In this document: positions 36,739 through 46,345 of the stretch, piece by piece
How the letters are laid out: every line of letters begins with the position of its first letter
Position numbering within the stretch: position 1 is the stretch's first letter
Assembly: GCA_038247245.1 (NCBI GenBank)
Contig: JBBRVE010000003.1
Span: 20,276 to 84,275, forward strand
Reading direction: 5' to 3'
DNA: 64,000 nt
Source: Bdellovibrionales bacterium
Lineage (GTDB): Bacteria; Pseudomonadota; Alphaproteobacteria; Micavibrionales; UBA2020
Notes under the pieces: generated by a model
What the model saw: only the letters and a program-made list of their open reading frames with translations
What the model was told of the DNA's origin: nothing
The model's database searches: none
Program-made: the position numbers and the translations under genes

Positions 36739-38351
36739 TGCGCTACCTGCTGCATGATGTGTTCACTGAAAACTGCCGCAAAACGCCGGATGCCACCGCG
36801 ATCGTGAACGAAGACGGAGCGCGCCTGACCTATGCGGCATTGAATGCGCTGTCGAACCGCTTTGCCGCCATCATCGCGCCGCTGAAATCCGATATACGCC
36901 AGAAACCTTTTGTTGGCATCATTTCCCCGGTACATGCCGCCAGCATTGCGGCGGTGCTGGGCGCGCTGAAGCTTGGCTGCGCTTATGTGCCGCTGGATGA
37001 ATATTCACCGACCGAACGCCTTGCCAAGATTATCGACAACACGAAACTGGATGTGCTGTGCGTTGACAGCAACCTGTACGCCGAACACGCGCCCCTATTC
37101 GATCATCCGCATATCGGCAGGGTGATTTTACTGAACGGGGATGTTGCGGTGTCGGCATCGCCCAAAAATATCCTGTTTGCCGATGTTTTGGCGGCGCAGG
37201 ATGCCGAACCACCCGTGCTCAATCAGGTCTGCGACGATCTCGCCTATATCCTGCACAGCTCCGGCTCGACCGGCGTGCCGAAGGGTATCATGCTGACGCA
37301 CCGCAACGCGCGCACCTTCACCGACTGGATGCAGGCGGAATTCAAATTGACGCCGCAGGATGTGGTCGCATCGCGCGCGCCGTTCAAGTTCGATTTGTCG
37401 GTGTTCGACATTTTCAACACCTTTCAGGCAGGCGCAACGCTCGCCTGTTTCGACTGGAACAAAAAACGCGAAGCGGAGGCGAAACACGCCGATTATGTGG
37501 CGTTGCTGCAGCGTGAAAACGTAACGATGCTCTATACCACACCATCCACCTTTATCGCGCTGCTCAACCGCGGCGGGCTTTCGGCGGCGGATTTGAAACT
37601 GCGCACCATCATGTATGCGGGCGAACCGTTCCCGCCCGCGCAGCTGAAAAAAGTGATGGAGGCGTTGCCGGGCGTGGGCGTTGCCAATATCTATGGCCCT
37701 ACGGAAACCAATATCATCACCTATTACTGGGTGCCCGAACCGCCGCTGACGGACGACCCTATCCCGCTGGGCGCGGTCGTGGAAGACACGGAAATACTTG
37801 TCGTCAGCGAAGACCGGAGCCGCGTTTGCGCGCCGGATGAACTGGGCGAATTGTGGTGCCGTGGCGGCACGGTGACGCTGGGTTACCTTGGCATGGACGA
37901 TAAAACGCGCGACAGCCTTGTGCAAAGCCCGGTGCATCCGTATCCCGCGCTGTTCTGGCGCACCGGCGATTTCGGGTTTTACGATGAAAAGGGCGTGCTG
38001 CATTACCGTGGCCGCCGCGATCATATGGTGAAGGTCAAGGGTTTCCGCATTGAACTGGGCGAAATTGAAAACGCGCTGTCGCAATTCACGGCGCTCGATG
38101 AATTCGCGGTCGTCGCCGTGCCGGATACAAAATACGGCAACCGGCTGTATTGCCATTTCGCCGCGCTGAAGGGCCGCACGGCGAACGAGGGCGAGCTGCG
38201 CGAATTCCTTGCGAAAAAATTGCCCGAATACATGATCCCTTTTGCCTTCAGTGCCTGGGAAACCCTGCCCAAGACATCATCGGGCAAGGTGGACCGCGTG
38301 CTGCTGGCGGAAAAATCCGCAAATGCGGGAGAGTTTAAAAAAGCTGTTTGA
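36735..38351 (+). CDS. Stand-alone adenylation enzyme (ANL superfamily, NRPS A-domain/DltA-like)
   Basis: The start is at the ATGATG overlapping the upstream stop. Core motifs are LAYILHSSGSTGVPKGIMLTH (A3), YGPTETN (A5), TGDFGFYDEKGVLHYRGRRDHMVKVKGFRIELGEIE (A7/A8) and PKTSSGKVDR (A10). No fused or adjacent carrier protein was seen. Confidence 0.88.
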   Translation: MMRYLLHDVFTENCRKTPDATAIVNEDGARLTYAALNALSNRFAAIIAPLKSDIRQKPFVGIISPVHAASIAAVLGALKLGCAYVPLDEYSPTERLAKIIDNTKLDVLCVDSNLYAEHAPLFDHPHIGRVILLNGDVAVSASPKNILFADVLAAQDAEPPVLNQVCDDLAYILHSSGSTGVPKGIMLTHRNARTFTDWMQAEFKLTPQDVVASRAPFKFDLSVFDIFNTFQAGATLACFDWNKKREAEAKHADYVALLQRENVTMLYTTPSTFIALLNRGGLSAADLKLRTIMYAGEPFPPAQLKKVMEALPGVGVANIYGPTETNIITYYWVPEPPLTDDPIPLGAVVEDTEILVVSEDRSRVCAPDELGELWCRGGTVTLGYLGMDDKTRDSLVQSPVHPYPALFWRTGDFGFYDEKGVLHYRGRRDHMVKVKGFRIELGEIENALSQFTALDEFAVVAVPDTKYGNRLYCHFAALKGRTANEGELREFLAKKLPEYMIPFAFSAWETLPKTSSGKVDRVLLAEKSANAGEFKKAV

Positions 38352-39570
38352 TGACATCCGCGACATCCGCGAAAGCGGGGGCGGGTGCTGCTGCGGGCCT
38401 GTTAAACACAGTCGAGAACGCAGCGGCAAAAACGGGATCGGTGGTTTGTAATTCACCGGTCAGCGCAAATGAAGCCGCAAAGGCTGGGTCTATATGGCCC
38501 ATCATGCGCAGGTAAATATCGAAGCATCCCCCGCGCCCCGCCAGATGGTGCCGGAACTGCGGCGGGAAAGCGGCGAACGGCAACGGTTTTTCGGTCGGAG
38601 GGTCAACCCTTTGGGATTTGACGATACGGTCATAATACGGGACGTCCCCGTCATAATCGGTGGTAAAGGTTTTACCGCCGCCGTCCTGCCATGCGCGCAT
38701 GCTGTCGGCGTAACGGATGCCAAGGCCGGTGGAAATGCTGCGCATCGCATCCTCGGGCGCACTGCGGAACATCGTGCTGTCCATGACGATGGCATCGGGC
38801 GTTGCAGCAAAATGCTGGTACAGCGCCTCCCATCCCGTGATACGGCAGGCGAAAATGCGCGCCAGAACCTTGTCGAAACCGCGCAGGTCGGCGCCGGGTT
38901 TTGCAAGACGCGCCTTGCTGGCATCCCAGTTTTTATCGCCCGTGCTTTGCGCCAGCGCATCAAGGCTGGCATAACCCGCATCCACCGCAACCTGTTCGGT
39001 CATATGCAACAAAACGGGAATTTGCATCACGGGGTCGCGGTGGATTTTCTGATCGCGCGTGAACAGCGTGCGGTAGAGGGCATCCTGTCTGGAAAAATCT
39101 TCCCCCTCGGCCAGCGCGGCCTGCAACGCCGTGCCGTCGGCATAACCGGTATCGCGCGCGAAACTGTCGAGCGCGCCGGCGTCGCCGTGGCGCACCATCA
39201 TTTTGAACAGGGAATGCAGGGTCAAAAGCGGATTGCGGATCAGAAAAATATGCCTGTCGCACAAATCGCGCCAACGCAGCCACGCATCGCCCGGCGGAAT
39301 ATAATCGGCGACATTCTTGACCAATGCGGTCACCGCGCCGTCATGTTCATCAAGGCGGGTCAGGATATATTCATACGTCTTTTCCTCGCGTGCGGCCTCG
39401 TCGTAAATCGCGAAGGGGTCGTTGACCTGCAGCTGGATATCGGGGCTGCCGGAAAGCGCGCGTTCCAGCGCGGTCGAACTGCTGCGCGCGGGCGCCAGCA
39501 GCGATATCAGCCGCAAGCCCGATTTTTTCCGCGCCATCAATTCCGCATAAGCTTCACCTGACAAAATCAA
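38335..39570 (-). CDS. Hypothetical protein with sulfotransferase-like motifs
   Basis: LLAPARSSSTALERAL resembles the 5'-PSB loop (PxxGST), and IFLIRNPLLTLHSL resembles the 3'-PB RxPxxxxxS region. The start may instead be the Met at 39537. The 3' end overlaps the adenylation gene convergently by 17 nt. Confidence 0.5.
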   Translation of the reverse strand: MILSGEAYAELMARKKSGLRLISLLAPARSSSTALERALSGSPDIQLQVNDPFAIYDEAAREEKTYEYILTRLDEHDGAVTALVKNVADYIPPGDAWLRWRDLCDRHIFLIRNPLLTLHSLFKMMVRHGDAGALDSFARDTGYADGTALQAALAEGEDFSRQDALYRTLFTRDQKIHRDPVMQIPVLLHMTEQVAVDAGYASLDALAQSTGDKNWDASKARLAKPGADLRGFDKVLARIFACRITGWEALYQHFAATPDAIVMDSTMFRSAPEDAMRSISTGLGIRYADSMRAWQDGGGKTFTTDYDGDVPYYDRIVKSQRVDPPTEKPLPFAAFPPQFRHHLAGRGGCFDIYLRMMGHIDPAFAASFALTGELQTTDPVFAAAFSTVFNRPAAAPAPAFADVADVIKQLF

Positions 39571-39591
39571 CCCCTTTAAAGGAACAATACC

Positions 39592-40827
39592 ATGAATACC
39601 GAAGACAGAATGATCGAGGCCAACGAAAAAGAAAACCGCCGCGCCCTAATCCGCCAGATGTTCAAGCGTATGAAGCAGTACAACGTTTCCGCCCTTGAAA
39701 TCAAGGGGCGTCAGATTCGCGTTTCCAAAGACCATTGGGTGACGGATTTCGCATCCTGCAATTACCTTGGCTATGACCTTGACCCGTCCATCAAGCTGAA
39801 TGTGGATGACGAAATCGCGCGCTGGGGCGTGCATCCCAGCTGGTGCCGCCTTGTGGCATCGCCGCAGATTTACACCGATCTCGAAAACCGCCTGGCGAAG
39901 CTGGTCGGCACCGAAGCCACGCTGATTTTGCCAACCGTCACCCTGATTTCCATCGGCATCATCCCCGCGCTGATCGGCAAGACGGGCGTGATGTTCCTCG
40001 ATAAATCCGGCCATGAAACCATGTATGAAGGCTGCAAAATCGCCCGCGATTCCGGCGCGACGCTGAAAAGCTTCAAACAGGGCGATTTTGAAACGCTCGA
40101 AAAACTGCTGATCGAGCACAAGGACAACCCCCGCAAGATGATCCTTGTGGACGGCGTGTACAGCATGACCGGCGATTATGCCGACATTAAATCGCTGCAG
40201 GCGCTGGCGAAAAAATACGATGCGATCCTTTATATCGATGACGCGCATGGTTTCGGCGTCGTCGGCGAAAACCCCGATGAAAACTGCCCCTTTGGTTACA
40301 AGGGCAACGGCATCGTGAAATACGCCGGCTGCGACTACGAAAACATCCTGTATGTGGGCGGCTGCTCCAAGGCGTATTCGTCGCTTGCGGCGTTTATCGC
40401 CTGTTCTGCCAACATGAAGACCTTCCTGCAGGCATTCGCAACGCCCTACGATCTGTCCGGCCCTTGCCCGACCGCATCGCTCGCGACCCTGTGGAAGGGC
40501 CTCGATGTGAACGAGGAACGCGGCGATATCTACCGCAAGAAACTGTGGGATTTGACGCATCGCGGCATCAGTGGTTTGCGCCAGCTGGGCTTCGAGGTCG
40601 TGAACACCTCGGGTTTCCCGATCGTGTCGGTAAAAATCGGCGATACCGAAAAACTGATCGAAACCGCCAATTTCATGTTCGATGCGGGCATGATGGCAAC
40701 CATCTGCCCCTATCCGATGGTCATCAAGGGCGAAGAAGTCCACCGCCTGACCTTCACGGCGGCGAACTCCTCCGAAGACGTCACCAAACTGCTGGATTGC
40801 TTCGCGCAGATGAAAAAGATGCTCTGA
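39592..40827 (+). CDS. PLP-dependent alpha-oxoamine synthase family enzyme (SPT / KBL / BioF / CqsA-like)
   Basis: SCNYLGY, DGVYSMTGD, YIDDAHGFGVVG, and the PLP-lysine context GGCSKAYSS. Confidence 0.88.
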   Translation: MNTEDRMIEANEKENRRALIRQMFKRMKQYNVSALEIKGRQIRVSKDHWVTDFASCNYLGYDLDPSIKLNVDDEIARWGVHPSWCRLVASPQIYTDLENRLAKLVGTEATLILPTVTLISIGIIPALIGKTGVMFLDKSGHETMYEGCKIARDSGATLKSFKQGDFETLEKLLIEHKDNPRKMILVDGVYSMTGDYADIKSLQALAKKYDAILYIDDAHGFGVVGENPDENCPFGYKGNGIVKYAGCDYENILYVGGCSKAYSSLAAFIACSANMKTFLQAFATPYDLSGPCPTASLATLWKGLDVNEERGDIYRKKLWDLTHRGISGLRQLGFEVVNTSGFPIVSVKIGDTEKLIETANFMFDAGMMATICPYPMVIKGEEVHRLTFTAANSSEDVTKLLDCFAQMKKML

Positions 40828-40847
40828 GGCCGAATTATTCCATAAAT

Positions 40848-40890
40848 AACCGCCCAAAAGCCTGTAATAAAACGGCTTTTGGGCGGTTTT
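40848..40890 (+). terminator. Rho-independent terminator after the AOS gene
   Basis: A 15-bp stem AACCGCCCAAAAGCC / GGCTTTTGGGCGGTT with the loop tgtaataaaac, followed by TTTTCATTTT. Confidence 0.85.
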
Positions 40891-41061
40891 CATTTTAATG
40901 CGATATTAAGCATCCTTCCCTATTATCAAAACCATCATATGTCCTATGTGAATTCAGGGGTTTTGTGCAGCCAATGCGGGATTTTTTGTACCGTTTTTCG
41001 CCAGCCATGCTTTAATTAATACTGAATTTTTGAGCGTCGATTTTTTTTACAGGGGAATATC

Positions 41062-44000
41062 ATGGTTCTTGTCTTAGGCACTGGCGCACCCGATGGCCCC
41101 GATAATCCCGACATGATCGGCTCCAACGCCCAGGACACCATCGACGGACAGGCGGGCAATGACTGGATCCAGACGCTTGCCGGCGACGATACATTGATCG
41201 GCGGCGTGGGCAGCGACGCGCTGTGGTCGGGCCCGGGCGCCGATACAATGATCGGCGGCACAGGCCTGATGACGGGCGACCTGTTCGGCAATGATACATA
41301 TCACGTGGATGACGTGGGCGACGTCATCATCGAATACGCGCTGCAGGGTATCGACCGCATCCATGCCTATATCAGCTACGACATGAATAGCGCGATGAAC
41401 GTCGAAAACCTGCGTCTTGTCGGCTTTGACACAGGCCTGAACGCCATCGGCAACGACCTGAACAACACGCTGGAGGGAAACCGCGAGCGCAACACGCTGG
41501 CGGGCGGCCTGGGCGATGACAGCTATATCATTTACAACGAAGCCGATGCGTCCAAAAGAGATGTCATCATCGAGAACCCGGGCGAAGGTTCGGACACTTA
41601 TATCGTCAATTTTACCTATGTGCTGGGGTCCTCGGCGCTGAGCATAGAAAACATCACCCTGACCGGCACCAAGCAGATCAACGCGACCGGCAACGAGGTT
41701 GACAACATCCTGACCGGCAACGTTGCCAAAAACACCCTGACCGGTGGCCTCGGCAACGATACCTATGTTATTCAGGACGCAACCGACGTCATCAAGGAAA
41801 ACGCGGGCGAAGGCAACGATACCGTCGTGATCAAGGACAAGAGCTATAGTATCGCGACCCAGTTGAACCTTGAAAATATCACGCTGACCGGCACCGTCTC
41901 GGCGAATGCCACCGGTAACATCAATAACAACATTCTGAACGGCAATAACGGCGCGAACACGCTTGATGGCTTGGCAGGCGCGGATGCGATGACGGGTTAC
42001 AAGGGCAACGACGTTTATATCGTCGATAACCTCGGCGACACCGTGGCCGAGGGCGGCACGGATGGTGGCGGCCTTGATGAAGTGCGCGCCAGTGTCACTT
42101 TTGTCCTGCCCGTCGATTTCGAAAACCTGACACTCACCGGCAGCGCCAATATCAACGGCACCGGCAACGATTTGATTAACACGCTGACGGGCAATGCCGG
42201 TCTCAATACGCTCGCGGGTGGCCTTGGCAACGATTATTATTATGTGCAGAATACGGGCGATGTGATCTCCGAAGTTACGGGCGAAGGCATCGACCGCGCC
42301 TTCACGACCGTCAACTTCAACATGGAAACCAATGCAGATCAGGTTGAAATTCTCACGCTTCTGGGCTCGCTCAGCATCAGCGGGATCGGTAACGCGCTCG
42401 ACAACACCATCAATGGAAATACCGGCGTCAACGTCATTTATGGCCGCGGCGGACAAGACACGATCCACGGCAACGCCGGCAATGACGTCCTTTACGGTGA
42501 CGGTGATACCGACACCATTTACGGGGATGCGGGCAATGATACGATATTTGGCGGCGATGGCGACGATTTCACCATTGAAGGAAACGCGGGCAATGACATT
42601 CTGTACGGCGGCAATGGCGACGACGGTCTGGTCGGCGGTGCCGGCATCGATACATTCATCGGCGGTCTTGGCAACGACACTTTTGACGTAACCGAAGTAA
42701 ATGAAAAAATCACGGAGTATATCGGCGAAGGTTCGGACACGATTGTGACAAACCTCAAGTCTTTTACTCTTGCGCCCGTGACGGCGACACAAGAAATTGA
42801 AAACCTCGGCCTGTATGGCGCAGCGGTCATCGGCATCGGTAACGAAATCAATAACCGGATCGGCGGTAACGCGCTCAACAACACGCTGTCGGGCATGGCG
42901 GGTAACGATACCATCAGCGATTTGCTGGGCGGCAACGATACGCTGGACGGCGGCACGGGCGTTGATACGATGACGGGCGGTACCGGCAACGATACATATT
43001 TCGTCGATAATGCGCTTGATCTCGTGAACGAAGCTGATTTGGAGGGAATCGCGGACGTCATCTATGCCAGCGTTTCCTATAACATGAGCGTTTCGGCACC
43101 GGGCGAAATCGAATACCTGACATTGACTGGCAGCGCCATCACCGGCATCGGTAACGATTATGGCAACACGCTGAGGGGTAACTCGTCCGTTAATACGCTG
43201 ATCGGTGGTCTTGGCGCAGATAGTTATATCGTCGATAACATGTCGGATGTGATTATAGAACTCGCGGGCGACAGCGTCGCCGATATCCTTGCGGGCCGCG
43301 GCGGCGACACGATCTTTTCCTCGGTCACCTATGTGCTTGCGGCCGATGGCGCAAATTACGAAATTGAAGGGCTGACGCTGACCGGCACCGCCAATATCAA
43401 CGGTACCGGCAATGCGTGCTCCAATACGCTGACCGGCAACAGTGGCGCGAATATCCTGACGGGCGGGCTTGGCGACGACTGGTACGTCGTCAATGACCTT
43501 GATGACGTCAACAAGGACACTTTCGTTGAACTGATCGGCGGTGGATCCGACGGCCTGCTGGCCAGCATCTCCGTCACGCTCAAGGCGGCGAGCGCGGTCT
43601 ACGACATTGAAAACGTGACGCTGGTCAAGGATGCGGGCGATATCAACGCGACGGGTAACGCGCTTGCAAACACGCTGATCGGCAACGACGGCAGCAATAC
43701 GCTGAACGGCTCCACCGGCGCGGATTTCCTTCAGGGCGGGCTGGGTGACGATACCTATATCCTCGACGAAGCGGCCGATGTCGTGGTGGAAACGCTTCCG
43801 GGGGGCATCGACACCATTTTCGCCAACTTCACCTATGACCTGACGGCCGACGTCGCCTTTGTCGAAAACCTGACGCTGTACGGCAACCTTCTCATCGACG
43901 GCACCGGCAATGCCGACAACAACACGATTATCGGCAACGTCGCGGTAAATACGCTGATGGGGCTTGATGGCAACGACAGGCTGGATGGCGGCGGCGATGC

Positions 44001-46338
44001 GGACGTCCTGATCGGCGGCGCCGGCAACGATACTTATATTATCGATAACGCGCTCGATCTGGTCTCAGAACTGGTCGGCGAAGGTACCGACACCGTACGC
44101 AACAGTGTCAGCTTCGACATGAGCGCGCAGGCGTCGGGCGAAGTCGAGAACATGGTCATGACGGGGACGCTGAACATCAACGGCACCGGCAACGCGCTTG
44201 GCAACACAATTACGGGCAATGCCGGCAACAACACCATCAACGGCAGCGTGGGTGAAGATACGCTCTTCGGCCTTGCGGGCGACGATTACCTGATCGGCGG
44301 CGATGACCAGGATACAATGGACGGTGGCACCGGCATCGACACAATGGCCGGTAACCTGGGTGATGACGTCTATATTATCTCGTCGGCGACCAAGACGATC
44401 CTCGAGGCGTTTGGCGAAGGCATCGACGAGGTGCGCTCCTCCCTCACCCACACACTTGCCGCGAACGTCGAAAACCTGACGCTGACCGGCGGATCGCCGA
44501 TCAACGGGTTCGGCAATGCGCTCGACAATATCCTGAAGGGTAATGTGGGTGTAAATACGCTGGATGGCGGTATCGGCGCGGATACGATGCTGGCCGGTGC
44601 TGGTAATGATGTTTATATCGTCGACAACGCGGCGGATATCGTCAGCGAGAACGCGCTGGAGGGAACGGACCTTATTCTGTCTTCCGTCACCTATGACATG
44701 AGTGTCTCAACAATTGGCGAAGTTGAAAACCTGACATTGACAGGCGTTCTCGCCATCAATGGCACGGGCAACGCTGGTAATAATACCATCACGGGCAACA
44801 TTGCGGCCAATACGATGGCGGGCGGCTTGGGGAATGACTCCTTCTTCGTTCAAAGCCTTGATGACGTCATCATCGAGGCTGCGGGCGAAGGTGGCGACAC
44901 TGTATATGCCGCCTTAAGCTGGGCGCTTGATAATATACAGGAAGTCGAGAATATTATATTGCTCGGCACAGCCAACATCAACGCGACCGGAAATGACCTC
45001 GGTAACTATCTCGGCGGCAACATCGGCAAAAACGTTCTGAATGGTGGCCTGGGCGATGATACTTACAACATCGGCGCCTCCGCCACGAATGACACGATCG
45101 TTCTCGATACTGGCGGCAATGATACGGTGATCGTGGGCGCAAGCTATTCTATCGCCAACCGCCCCGACCTCGAGAACATTAGCCTGGCCGGCACTGGCGC
45201 GTTCAACGCGGTGGGGAATGCGAACCTAAATGTCCTCATCGGGAATGAGGGCAAGAACACGCTCAACGGCGGCATCGGCGCGGACACCATGATTGGCGGC
45301 AAAGGCGACGATGTCTTTTACGTCGATGATGTCAATGATATTGCGCTGGACGCCTGGCTGCCCAGCATCCTGCCCGGCGGCAAGGATCTGGTGATTTCAA
45401 GCGTTTCATATGCGCTTTTGGATAATGACATTGAAAACCTGACACTCACGAACGTCGCGACGGCGCTGAACGGTACGGGCAACAACCTTGCGAATATCAT
45501 CAAGGGTAACTCGTTCAACAACATTCTGGACGGCGGGCTTGGCTCGGATACGATGGACGGCGGCGCCGGCAATGACACCTATTACCTCGACAGCGCCGGC
45601 GATGTCATCAAGGACACGAGCGGTATCGATATCGTCTATTCGTCGCTTGGCTTCTATACGCTTGGCACCGGTCTTGAAAACCTGACCCTGACCGGTATAA
45701 ACCCGATCAACGGCACCGGCAATACCGGCAACAACACCATCATCGGCAATACCAGCAACAACATCATAGACGGTGGCGCGGGCAGCGACGTGATGATCGG
45801 CGGCGGATCTGACAATATTATAGGTGATACCTATTTCGTCGACCGCATCACGGATGTGGTCATTGGCGATTCCGGCCTCGACACCATCAAGAGCAAGGTG
45901 ACATTCTCGCTGATGGCGGCCCCGGATGTTGAAAACCTGACCTTGCTGGGGACTGCCGGATTGAACGGCACCGGTAACGCGCTTGATAACTCGCTGATCG
46001 GCAACTCCGGCGCGAACACGCTGATGGGCGGCGACGGTAACGACTTTATCAGCGGCGGCGGAGGCAAGGACGTCCTTTACGGCGGCAACGGCGCAGATAC
46101 CTTCTTCTTTGAAGGGGCGACGATGTTCAAGGCTGTCGACACCATCATGGATTTCCAGCTGGGCGTCGATACCATCTTCTTCGACGCGCTGATTGATCCC
46201 CTGTTGCAGGTGAGCGAGGACTTCATCGAGTTCCGCACCGTTGCCGGCAGCTCCAACCTTCAAGTGTGGCTGGATTACGACGGGCAGGGCGAGGCATACC
46301 AGCCTGCGCTGATCGCGATTCTGATCAACCCCAGCTAA
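41062..46338 (+). CDS. Giant RTX-type calcium-binding repeat protein, probable type I secretion substrate/adhesin
   Basis: 1758 aa with no signal peptide. GGxGxDxUx nonapeptides occur throughout. There are 18 modules of the form [VIL]EN[LI]TLTG...INGTGN..N.L.GN.G.NTL.GG.G.D.Y.VD. The C-terminus GGNGADTFFFE...DTIMDFQLGVDTIFFDALI resembles a T1SS C-terminal target domain. Confidence 0.9.
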   Translation: MVLVLGTGAPDGPDNPDMIGSNAQDTIDGQAGNDWIQTLAGDDTLIGGVGSDALWSGPGADTMIGGTGLMTGDLFGNDTYHVDDVGDVIIEYALQGIDRIHAYISYDMNSAMNVENLRLVGFDTGLNAIGNDLNNTLEGNRERNTLAGGLGDDSYIIYNEADASKRDVIIENPGEGSDTYIVNFTYVLGSSALSIENITLTGTKQINATGNEVDNILTGNVAKNTLTGGLGNDTYVIQDATDVIKENAGEGNDTVVIKDKSYSIATQLNLENITLTGTVSANATGNINNNILNGNNGANTLDGLAGADAMTGYKGNDVYIVDNLGDTVAEGGTDGGGLDEVRASVTFVLPVDFENLTLTGSANINGTGNDLINTLTGNAGLNTLAGGLGNDYYYVQNTGDVISEVTGEGIDRAFTTVNFNMETNADQVEILTLLGSLSISGIGNALDNTINGNTGVNVIYGRGGQDTIHGNAGNDVLYGDGDTDTIYGDAGNDTIFGGDGDDFTIEGNAGNDILYGGNGDDGLVGGAGIDTFIGGLGNDTFDVTEVNEKITEYIGEGSDTIVTNLKSFTLAPVTATQEIENLGLYGAAVIGIGNEINNRIGGNALNNTLSGMAGNDTISDLLGGNDTLDGGTGVDTMTGGTGNDTYFVDNALDLVNEADLEGIADVIYASVSYNMSVSAPGEIEYLTLTGSAITGIGNDYGNTLRGNSSVNTLIGGLGADSYIVDNMSDVIIELAGDSVADILAGRGGDTIFSSVTYVLAADGANYEIEGLTLTGTANINGTGNACSNTLTGNSGANILTGGLGDDWYVVNDLDDVNKDTFVELIGGGSDGLLASISVTLKAASAVYDIENVTLVKDAGDINATGNALANTLIGNDGSNTLNGSTGADFLQGGLGDDTYILDEAADVVVETLPGGIDTIFANFTYDLTADVAFVENLTLYGNLLIDGTGNADNNTIIGNVAVNTLMGLDGNDRLDGGGDADVLIGGAGNDTYIIDNALDLVSELVGEGTDTVRNSVSFDMSAQASGEVENMVMTGTLNINGTGNALGNTITGNAGNNTINGSVGEDTLFGLAGDDYLIGGDDQDTMDGGTGIDTMAGNLGDDVYIISSATKTILEAFGEGIDEVRSSLTHTLAANVENLTLTGGSPINGFGNALDNILKGNVGVNTLDGGIGADTMLAGAGNDVYIVDNAADIVSENALEGTDLILSSVTYDMSVSTIGEVENLTLTGVLAINGTGNAGNNTITGNIAANTMAGGLGNDSFFVQSLDDVIIEAAGEGGDTVYAALSWALDNIQEVENIILLGTANINATGNDLGNYLGGNIGKNVLNGGLGDDTYNIGASATNDTIVLDTGGNDTVIVGASYSIANRPDLENISLAGTGAFNAVGNANLNVLIGNEGKNTLNGGIGADTMIGGKGDDVFYVDDVNDIALDAWLPSILPGGKDLVISSVSYALLDNDIENLTLTNVATALNGTGNNLANIIKGNSFNNILDGGLGSDTMDGGAGNDTYYLDSAGDVIKDTSGIDIVYSSLGFYTLGTGLENLTLTGINPINGTGNTGNNTIIGNTSNNIIDGGAGSDVMIGGGSDNIIGDTYFVDRITDVVIGDSGLDTIKSKVTFSLMAAPDVENLTLLGTAGLNGTGNALDNSLIGNSGANTLMGGDGNDFISGGGGKDVLYGGNGADTFFFEGATMFKAVDTIMDFQLGVDTIFFDALIDPLLQVSEDFIEFRTVAGSSNLQVWLDYDGQGEAYQPALIAILINPS
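41400..46030 (+). repeat. Intragenic array of 18 diverged tandem modules (about 85-95 aa each) inside the RTX gene
   Basis: The ENLTLTG / INGTGN / NTLxGGxGxD / Y[IV]VD signposts recur, counted in the translation. The copies have diverged at the DNA level. A canonical uninterrupted nonapeptide run lies at 42439-42686. The boundaries are approximate. Confidence 0.8.
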
Positions 46339-46345
46339 GGGGTTA

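Noticed and set aside
41074-42792. A 572-aa minus-strand ORF, together with 45406..46263, inside the RTX gene.
   Set aside because: It is the mirror image of the Gly/Asp/Asn-rich repeat codons (GGC/GAC/AAC), which rarely produce stops on the opposite strand. The plus-strand frame carries the canonical GGxGxD repeats and a secretion-type C-terminus.
41400-46030. Regular periodicity at the DNA level that could be mistaken for a CRISPR or satellite array.
   Set aside because: The period is about 260-290 nt. The units are diverged and fully contained in one long coding frame. There are no short identical direct repeats separated by unique spacers.
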